Shown in pieces: positions 36,275 through 44,500 of a DNA stretch of 64,000 nucleotides. Below the pieces are notes generated by a model. It was not told the origin of the DNA and did no database searches. It worked only from the letters and a program-made list of their open reading frames with translations. The position numbers were made by a program, and so were the translations under genes. Origin of the DNA: Thermodesulfovibrionia bacterium (GTDB lineage: Bacteria; Nitrospirota; Thermodesulfovibrionia; UBA6902); the NCBI GenBank assembly GCA_020053105.1, contig JAGVNU010000084.1:65133-129132 (forward strand), written 5' to 3'. Every line of letters begins with the position of its first letter. The first letter of the stretch is position 1.

Positions 36275-37735
36275 GTGAAATATAAAATTTTCATCAGCAG
36301 CGTCCAAAAAGAGTTTGCGCAGCAGCGTCTGGATTTGAAGGCCTTTTTGCTTGGTGATGCTGTGTTGCGGCGTTTCGTTTCCGAGGTATTCCTGTTCGAG
36401 GAAATTCCGGCAAAAGACCGTCGCGCTGATCAGCTCTATCTGGAAGAAGTAGAACGCTGCGACATATACCTCGGCCTCTTTGGTTATGAATATGGAAATG
36501 AAGACACGCAGGGCGTGTCCGCAACGGAACGTGAATATATCCATGCAACCCGGCTCGGCAAGACCCGGTTGATTTATGTCTGGGGAGCTGACGAAAAAAA
36601 GCGCGCAGCCAAGATGAAAAAGCTGGTCAGCAAGGCCGGCAGTGCCCTGATCCGCCGTCGTATTGAAGACGGGAGCGCCCTTACCGTAGAGGTCTACGCC
36701 AGTCTTGTTGACTATCTCGATACTAACGGTGCGCTGCGTGTCCCACCGTTCGATACTGCCGCTTGTCATGGGGCCGGACTGAAAGACATCTCCCGAAAAC
36801 GTATCGAATGGTTCCTTGAGGCAGCCCGCCGCGAGCGAGGCTTCCCCCTCAAATCCAATACAACAACAAAGGCCTTGCTCACTCATCTCAACCTTCTCGA
36901 TGAAGGGAAACCGACCAATGCCGCCATAATGCTGTTCGGGATAAATCCCCAGCGCTTTCATCGTACCGCCGAAACCAAGTGCATCCACTGTCATGGCACG
37001 GAATACCGTCGTCCCTTTGCTTCCATGCAGGTGTATGGCGGAGATCTCTTTGAACAGGCTGATGAGACGCAGGATTTCATACTGGGCAAGATCAATCGCT
37101 CAATCGGTACCCGCGCTGTGAGCATCACTGCGCCAGCTACATACGAACTCCCCACTGATGCCATTGCGGAGGCTGTCATCAATGCTATTGCGCATCGCGA
37201 TTATCATAGTAATGCATCTGTTGAAGTCCGCCTGTTTGCGGACCGCCTTGAGGTCTGGAACCCCGGCACTCTGCCCGGTACGCTGACGCTCGACGCTCTG
37301 CGTGATGATCATCCTTCGGTGCCGCACAACCCCTTGATTGCCGAGTCGCTCTACCTGACGCGCTATATCGAAAGGGTTGGTTCCGGCACTCAGACGATGA
37401 TTGAGCTCTTCAGAGAAGCTGGACTGCCGGAACCTCAATTCGAGCAACGGAACGGCTCATTTGTCACTACCCTCTGGCGCGACTGGCTGACAGATAAGAT
37501 ATTGGCTGAGCTTGATCTTAATGAGCGACAAATAAAGGCCCTTCCGGTGATCCGGCAACAGCGGCATTTAACCAATAGCGAATACCAAACCATAACCGGA
37601 GCAACGCGACCAACAGCGAAACGAGATCTTGAAGAACTTGTAAGAAAAGGTGTGGTTGTCCCAAAGGGTAGCGGCAGGGGAGCTCGCTACGAGTTATTTA
37701 AGAAACGGCTCATTAATGGTTCAAATGGATCATAA
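36275..37735 (+). CDS. DUF4062-like N-terminal domain fused to a COG2865-type (HATPase_c_4-like) module and a C-terminal wHTH
   Basis: GTG start. KIFISSVQKEFAQQR...CDIYLGLFGYEYG is DUF4062-like. AIAEAVINAIAHRDY...LEVWNPG is HATPase_c_4-like. LTNSEYQTITGATRPTAKRDLEELVRKG is a wHTH. Confidence 0.7.
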   Translation: MKYKIFISSVQKEFAQQRLDLKAFLLGDAVLRRFVSEVFLFEEIPAKDRRADQLYLEEVERCDIYLGLFGYEYGNEDTQGVSATEREYIHATRLGKTRLIYVWGADEKKRAAKMKKLVSKAGSALIRRRIEDGSALTVEVYASLVDYLDTNGALRVPPFDTAACHGAGLKDISRKRIEWFLEAARRERGFPLKSNTTTKALLTHLNLLDEGKPTNAAIMLFGINPQRFHRTAETKCIHCHGTEYRRPFASMQVYGGDLFEQADETQDFILGKINRSIGTRAVSITAPATYELPTDAIAEAVINAIAHRDYHSNASVEVRLFADRLEVWNPGTLPGTLTLDALRDDHPSVPHNPLIAESLYLTRYIERVGSGTQTMIELFREAGLPEPQFEQRNGSFVTTLWRDWLTDKILAELDLNERQIKALPVIRQQRHLTNSEYQTITGATRPTAKRDLEELVRKGVVVPKGSGRGARYELFKKRLINGSNGS

Positions 37736-37877
37736 GCGGGTGGTGATAGAATGGCTCATAAATGGCTCAAATGGTTCACTGGTAACCCGTCACAAACCCG
37801 TCAAATCTGTCACGAAAAGGGCGTGGACATAGGGACGTTTTTAAATACGCCATAATGACGCCAAATAAAAAAGACCA

Positions 37878-40800
37878 ATGATAAACCTGACCATATTCAA
37901 CAACAACATCTTTGACGCAGGCACTGAGTTTTTCAGCCAGCTTGGCATACGCCTGAACAGCAATACCGCCGTCTCATTAGGGTCAAGAGAGCTATTAAAA
38001 GACCATTATAAAGACAAAGATATTTTCAATGCCATTACAGAAACATATTTTCTGGGCCTTGTGGATGACTCGGTTTTTGAGGGAAACGCCCCCCTTTTGG
38101 GCAAGAAGAAAATCTCTCTCAAAGAAGCGGAAAACAGGATCGATCCGGAATATAAGGGGTTGATGGTCTTTGCTGTAAAGCTGAACGATTCTTACCTTCC
38201 TGTTAGAGGTAAGATAGCCGAACTCACAAGGGCGTTTAACAGGGTAAGCAAAAGTGTTCCGGTTGTACTGCTTCTCAAATATGGCGGTCTGCTTTCCTTT
38301 GCTGCTTCTGAAAGGACTAAATATAAACAGGCATGGAGAGATGGAGAAAAGATAGGGAAGATTTCTCTCCTTAAAGATATTAATCTTAAGTCCCCTCATA
38401 CCGGCCATTTAAAGATACTTTATGATTTAAAGGTTAAGGCTGATGTAAACACCTTTGATGCCCTTTATAAGCAGTGGCAGGAGGTGTTTAATGTTCAACT
38501 GCTGAATAAGAAGTTTTTCAGGGAACTTGCTGACTGGTATTTCTGGGCAATACAGAATGTTGAATTTCCCGATGATGCTGAAAAAGACAAGGCTGTCAGG
38601 AATGCAATAAATGTGATCCGGTTAATCACTCGGATAATATTTGTATGGTTTTTAAAAGAAAAAGATTTGGTGCCCGATTCATTGTTCATCAAAAGCCGTA
38701 TAGACAATATTCTCAACTATACGGATAAAACCGGCTCTACATTTTACAAGGCAATCCTGCAGAATTTGTTTTTCGCCACTCTCAATACTGAAATGAACAA
38801 GGACAAGCCCGGAAACCGTATCTTTGTAAACAGGCAATATGGGATAACAAATCTTTACCGGTATGAGAGGTTTTTTAAAGACAAAGATAAGGCATTGGCA
38901 TTATTTAAAAACATTCCATTTCTTAACGGCGGTCTCTTTGAATGTCTTGACAAGGATTTATCCCCCACTTTGGAAAAGGGGGGTGAGGGGGGATTTTCCA
39001 ATAAAAAGACAATCCGCATTGATTGTTTTTCAAACAGAAGAGATAATGAAACACGCCTCACCGTGCCGGACCATTTATTTTTCAATCCCGAAGGCCGGAT
39101 AGTTGATCTTAGCGATGTATATGGAGACAAGAAAAGGAAAAGCGAAAAGGTCAGAGGCCTTATCGACATCCTCGACAGCTATAAATTCACCGTCGATGAA
39201 AATACACCTATTGAAGAGGAAATCGCGCTTGACCCTGAATTATTGGGCAAGGTATTTGAAAATCTTCTGGCAAGTTATAACCCTGAGACCCAGACCACAG
39301 CACGGAAGCAGACAGGATCTTTCTACACACCGAGAGAGATCGTCAATTATATGGTCGATGAATCGTTGATTGCGTATTTGACCACAACCCTTGAGCGTCA
39401 TTCCCGCGAAGGCGGGAATCCAGAGGAACTGGATGCCCGATTAAAAACTTCGGGCATGACGGAAAAGAAGAACAACGATTCCCGTCTTCGCCACCTCGTC
39501 GCATACAATGACGACCCGCATAAATTCACCCCGGTTGAGGTTGATATTCTCATTGCAGCAATCAATACACTGAAGGCCCTCGACCCTGCATGCGGTTCCG
39601 GGGCCTTTCCGATGGGAATGCTTCATAAGCTGGTTTACATCCTTGGCAAGCTTGATCCTGATAATTCAAAATGGCGCGAGCTACAGAAGCAAAAGGCGAT
39701 CAGGGAGACAGAAGAAGCCTACAATATCGGCGACAAGGAAGAGCGTAACAAGCGCCTTCAGGATATAAGTGAGGTTTTTGAAAACAATGCCTCTGATTAT
39801 GGAAGGAAGCTTTATCTTATTGAGAACTGCATCTTCGGCGTTGACATTCAGCCGATAGCAGTGCAGATCGCGAAGCTGAGGTTTTTTGTGTCGCTGATAG
39901 TTGACCAGCGGATCAACCCCAAAAAAGAAAACCTCGGTGTGCGGCCCTTGCCTAATCTTGAGACGAAGTTTGTGGCGGCAAATACGCTGATTGGGATTGA
40001 TAAGCCGAAGTTTATGACATTGGGATTAAGAAATCTCAATATTGACATAAAGGAAAAAGAGCTTAAGCAAGTGAGAGAAAAACACTTCTCTGCAAGGACG
40101 CCTAAAACCAAGGAGAAATACCGGAATGAAGATGCCAGACTCAGAGCAGAATTAGCAGAACTTTTTAAAAACGACGGATTCAGCGCCGAGACAACTCACA
40201 AGTTATCCGAATGGAACCCTTATGACCAGAATGCCCATGCCGATTTTTTTGATCCCGAATGGATGTTCGGCGAAAAGAACGGATTTGACATCTCCATCGG
40301 CAATCCGCCTTATGTGAGGGCTGATTCGGGCCTTGAGCATTTGGCTCTGCGCCAATCTATTATCGAAAGCAAGCAATACGAAACTCTCTGGGAGAAGTGG
40401 GACCTATTTGTTCCCTTCATTGAGTATGGTTACAAGCTTTTAAAACCGGGCGGTATAACCACGATGATAGTGTCCGACGCCTATTGCCATTCCAAGTACG
40501 CACAAAAATCTCAAAAGTGGTTTCTGCAAAACAGCAGGATTTTACGCCTGGACTTTTTGAGCAAGATAAAGGTATTCGAGGCTGGTGTTCATAACATTGT
40601 CTATTTCTTCCAGAAAGCTGAAGGCAGTGGCAACAAGCCGGAGCGGCGGGAACATGAGGATGAGTTTGGAAAGGTGAAGGTATTGCCGACAGATGAGCAG
40701 CGGAATCTTACGTATCGGGCATTCTTCCCTCAGGAACAAGGGGAAAATATTAGTGGCATACCGTTAGAAGAAATATGTTATATCACTTATGGTTTAAGGC

Positions 40801-41525
40801 CAAGCAGCGATGAGCATGAAGCAAAAGGGGAGTTTGTTACCGCTGATCTGGTATCTGAAAAGAAAGATAGTATTCATTGTAAACCTTATGTTGAAGGGAA
40901 ACATCTTAACAATTGGTATCGCGGTACGCATCTTTGGATTGAATGGGGTACTAAACGCGCACCAGCACTTTTTTGCCGTCCTACATTCCCTGAACTTTAT
41001 ATAATCAAAGAGAAGCTTCTTGCACAAAGAAGTCCTGGTCCCGATCCGGTGGCGTGTTATGACGATGAAAAACTTGTATTTACACCTGCCAGTGTTGGCT
41101 TCATCCCTTGGCATGACTTGGCAGGAGTTCGCAATAATTCACTGAAAAAGGCGGCTCGTTACCGTGGCGAACGTCCTGTTCGTCATGACATGCCGAAACG
41201 TGAAGAGTTGGAAGTCACAAGCAAACGCTTTGAGGTTAAGTACCTACTTGCGGTGATGAACTCGACAGTGGCGCGTGATTTTCTGCGGGCAAATCGTCGG
41301 AGCAATATTCACCTCTACCCTGACGACTGGAAGAAACTGCCTATTTCCGATGTCTCGCAGGAGAAGCAGAAGCCGATTGTGGCATTAGTCGACCAAATCC
41401 TCGCCTCCAAAAAGAAAGACCCCAACGCCGACACCTCCGCCCTCGAAAAACAGATCGACGAAATGGTCTATGCCCTCTACGGCCTCACGCCGGAGGAGAT
41501 TGCGATTGTGGAGGGGAAGGGATGA
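37878..41525 (+). CDS. Eco57I/PglX-type gamma-class N6-adenine DNA methyltransferase with TaqI_C-like specificity domain (1215 aa)
   Basis: GSFYTPREIV (motif X), LDPACGSGAF (motif I, nt 39579-39608), NPPY (nt 40302-40313), FLNGGLFE, and a C-terminal TRD ending in the typical YALYGLTPEEIAIVEG. Confidence 0.85.
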   Translation: MINLTIFNNNIFDAGTEFFSQLGIRLNSNTAVSLGSRELLKDHYKDKDIFNAITETYFLGLVDDSVFEGNAPLLGKKKISLKEAENRIDPEYKGLMVFAVKLNDSYLPVRGKIAELTRAFNRVSKSVPVVLLLKYGGLLSFAASERTKYKQAWRDGEKIGKISLLKDINLKSPHTGHLKILYDLKVKADVNTFDALYKQWQEVFNVQLLNKKFFRELADWYFWAIQNVEFPDDAEKDKAVRNAINVIRLITRIIFVWFLKEKDLVPDSLFIKSRIDNILNYTDKTGSTFYKAILQNLFFATLNTEMNKDKPGNRIFVNRQYGITNLYRYERFFKDKDKALALFKNIPFLNGGLFECLDKDLSPTLEKGGEGGFSNKKTIRIDCFSNRRDNETRLTVPDHLFFNPEGRIVDLSDVYGDKKRKSEKVRGLIDILDSYKFTVDENTPIEEEIALDPELLGKVFENLLASYNPETQTTARKQTGSFYTPREIVNYMVDESLIAYLTTTLERHSREGGNPEELDARLKTSGMTEKKNNDSRLRHLVAYNDDPHKFTPVEVDILIAAINTLKALDPACGSGAFPMGMLHKLVYILGKLDPDNSKWRELQKQKAIRETEEAYNIGDKEERNKRLQDISEVFENNASDYGRKLYLIENCIFGVDIQPIAVQIAKLRFFVSLIVDQRINPKKENLGVRPLPNLETKFVAANTLIGIDKPKFMTLGLRNLNIDIKEKELKQVREKHFSARTPKTKEKYRNEDARLRAELAELFKNDGFSAETTHKLSEWNPYDQNAHADFFDPEWMFGEKNGFDISIGNPPYVRADSGLEHLALRQSIIESKQYETLWEKWDLFVPFIEYGYKLLKPGGITTMIVSDAYCHSKYAQKSQKWFLQNSRILRLDFLSKIKVFEAGVHNIVYFFQKAEGSGNKPERREHEDEFGKVKVLPTDEQRNLTYRAFFPQEQGENISGIPLEEICYITYGLRPSSDEHEAKGEFVTADLVSEKKDSIHCKPYVEGKHLNNWYRGTHLWIEWGTKRAPALFCRPTFPELYIIKEKLLAQRSPGPDPVACYDDEKLVFTPASVGFIPWHDLAGVRNNSLKKAARYRGERPVRHDMPKREELEVTSKRFEVKYLLAVMNSTVARDFLRANRRSNIHLYPDDWKKLPISDVSQEKQKPIVALVDQILASKKKDPNADTSALEKQIDEMVYALYGLTPEEIAIVEGKG
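38961..38997. repeat. C-tract/G-tract miniature element embedded in frame in the methyltransferase CDS
   Basis: tcccccactttggaaaaggggggtgaggggggatttt encodes SPTLEKGGEGGF directly after the conserved FLNGGLFE motif. CCCCC/GGGGG can pair. Confidence 0.45.
39397..39460. repeat. 64-nt palindromic MITE/REP-like element embedded in frame in the methyltransferase CDS
   Basis: GTCATTCCCGCGAAGGCGGGAATCCAG-aggaa-CTGGATGCCCGATTAAAAACTTCGGGCATGAC. It has GTCAT/ATGAC termini, a central TCCAG/CTGGA stem, and two internal hairpins. Confidence 0.55.
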
Positions 41526-41536
41526 ACAAATCAAAC

Positions 41537-44500
41537 CTACTTGTTATTATCGCACCATTCACTGGCATTCTGAAACATCCTAAGCCAGGGCGACGCTTGT
41601 GAGGACGCATTGCCATATGCCCCTACATTCTCCGGCATCCACGGCCATTGCCATTTGAGAAAGGTCCTTTCAGGATGAGGCATTACAGCAAGATGCCGCC
41701 CATCAGGGGAGCAAAGTGCTGCGATCCCGTTGGCCGATCCATTCGGATTGAACGGATATTTCATGGTGATCTCATTACTGTCATCTACGTAGCGGACGGG
41801 TGCGAGATTTTCTGCCTCTATTCTTTTTAAAATATTTTCATCCGGGAAATATGCCCGGCCTTCGCCATGCGCGACCCATATGCCGAGGGCGGAACCTTCC
41901 ATGCCCTTCAGCATTATCGCGGGACTCTGCAATATCCTGACTGTAGAAAAGCGGGACTCAAACCGTCCGGACACATTGTGAATGAACCTCGGCTGGATGC
42001 TGTTTTCAATGCCCTGCCACGGTACCCATCCAAGCAGGGCCATAAGCTGACATCCGTTGCAGACGCCAAGGCTGAAGGTGTCTTTTCTGTTATAAAATTT
42101 CCGGAATTCATCCCATATTTTATTATTGAACCTGATGACCCCGGCCCAGCCCTTTGCAGAGTCCAGTACGTCCGCGTAACTGAACCCGCCGACAAATGCA
42201 AGCCCGCTAAAACCGGCAAGCGAGACCCTGTCCTCAAGAAAATCGGTCATCGTTACATCCCAGGGCTCAAACCCTGCCTGATAAAAAGCAGCCGTCATCT
42301 CCCTGTCGCTGTTGCTGCCTTCTTCACGGATGATCGCAACCTTCGGCTGGGCAGGCATGTGGGGACGGGGTTTGGTCTCTTCCGGTTCAAAAGTCAAAAC
42401 GTATTCAGGTCCCTTCCTGTCAAAAATATTTATTTTCTCTTCTTCAACGCATTCAGGATTTGCCTGCAGGCGCTCAAGCTGATAACTCGTTTCTTCCCAG
42501 ATGCTTCTAAGAGCGGGCATGTCTTCATCGAGCAAAGTGAGAAGTGAGGCGTCAGAAGTGAGAAGTTTAACTGAAATTCTTTTTTCGGATAATGTTTTAC
42601 CGATGATATCGTAAGGGACAGAGGAATTCTTTAGAACGGAAATAATATCATCCTCTTTCTCCGGTAAATATTCTATCACCATGCCGAGTTCTTCGGAGAA
42701 GAGTAGGGGCAATTCATGCCTGTGCCCTTCAGGGTAAATTGCCTCTGCGGATGAAATGTCTACATCCATTCCGCAATTCCCTGCAAAGGCCATTTCAAGG
42801 AGAGTTGTGATCAACCCCCCATCGCTTCTGTCATGACCCGAGAGAATCAGGTCTTTGTCGATCAGCGCCTGCACTGCAGTGAATGTTCTTTTTAACAACT
42901 CCGGATCATCAACATCCGGGGATTCATCACCCGTCTGATTATATACCTGGGCCAGTGCGCTTCCGCCGAGGCGGTTTTTCCCTGTGCCCAGATCAATAAG
43001 AATGAGTTTGCTCTGTCCCGGTCTTTTAATATCAGGGGTAATTACCTTTTTAATATCAGGACAGGTCGCATAAGCGGATATAACAAGTGTACCTGGGGAT
43101 TTCACAGTTTCGGAGTTGCCCGATGCGTCCCTTACCTGGGTCGCCATTGACAGGCTGTCCTTTCCGCCGTCAATAGCTATATCGAGTTTGATTAATATAT
43201 CGCTGAGCGCAACCGCCGCGTCATACAGCTTCGCTCCTTCTCCGGGGAGCTTCGCGGCCCACATCCAGTTGCCGGAACACTTGATGTCCTCCAGGGAACT
43301 GATCCTGGCCCAGACTATATTGGTTAATGCCTCGCCAACACAGAGGCGAGCCATGGCTGCCGGATCTATCAATGTCTTTACCGGCTGCTCTCCGATAGAT
43401 ATAGCTGCACCGGTCAATCCAAAATGACTTTGGCCGATCACTGCCACATCTGAAACAGTAAGCTGTAACGGCCCGGCACACTGTTGTCTCGCAATCAATC
43501 CGGTGACGCTCCTGTCAACTTTATTGGTAAGAAACCTCTTTGATCCAACCGAGAGCAGACGTAACACCCTGTCAAGGGCCGCTCTTACGGTTAATCCTTC
43601 GGGTAATTTTAACGGACTGGGTTTAAGCCGGATGCGGTCAAGGTGAAAGGTCTTCTGAGGCATTTCGCCTAATATTTTGCCAAGGTCCAAATTGACCGGA
43701 GTGCTCCCGTCGGTTTCGTCATAAAGCACTGCAAATCCGTCTCCTGTAATAACACCGATAACGGCAAAAGGGACCTTTTCGCGCAGACACATTTCCCTGA
43801 ATATCTCAATATGCTCCTTTTTCAAAAGCAGCGCATTCTGCTCCTGATACTCGGCGCCCCATATCTCAAGGACTGAAAGCGTGTTATCGCCAAGCTGGAT
43901 CTTTCTTACCTCGATCTTTGCCCCGGCAGGATAAATGATCTCCTTCACAACATTGCAGTTCCCCCCCGCGCCCTGATCATGGATACTGACAACAGGATTC
44001 TCACTGCCCAATTCAACACAGGCGCGCAGGACCCTGTTCATCTTCTGCTCCATCTCGGCGTCACCGCGCTGTACTGCGTTAAAATCAAGCTCAGCAACAT
44101 TTTCACCCTGGATCATGCTTGACGCAGCCCCGCCGCCGATGCCTATCCTGTATGCCGGGCCCCCGATCTTGACAACCAGCATCCCTTCTTCAGGTTCACC
44201 TTTCTTTATATGCGTCGCGTCCATCTGGCCGATGCCTGCGGTAAACATTATCGGCTTGAGCCATTCATACCGCTCCCCGTCAGGCAGTCTCATTCCGAAT
44301 GAACGGGTATATCCCTGGATAACAGGCTCACCGAATTTATTTCCGTAGTCAGACGCCCCGTTACTTGCCTGGACCTCGATATCGAGAGGGGAAGCAAGGT
44401 TGGGTGGATATTTAAATGATTTGTCTTCCCACGGGAGTTCATAACCGGGGATGTGAAGATTCCCTACACAGTAAGCGGCAGTCCCTGCAATGACCAGCCC

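Noticed and set aside
36269-36994. Tracked 241-aa minus-strand ORF.
   Set aside because: It is an antisense shadow inside the GC-rich DUF4062-containing gene, with no RBS or motifs.
41867-42547. Tracked 226-aa plus-strand ORF, together with several other long ORFs antisense to purL. The same applies to 22162-22704 (antisense to ribBA), 57409-58089 (secA), 54628-55167 (PAS sensor), 7711-8238 (phosphoesterase) and 62816-63328 (recQ).
   Set aside because: All lie fully inside well-supported genes on the opposite strand and show no recognisable motifs. They are treated as shadow ORFs.
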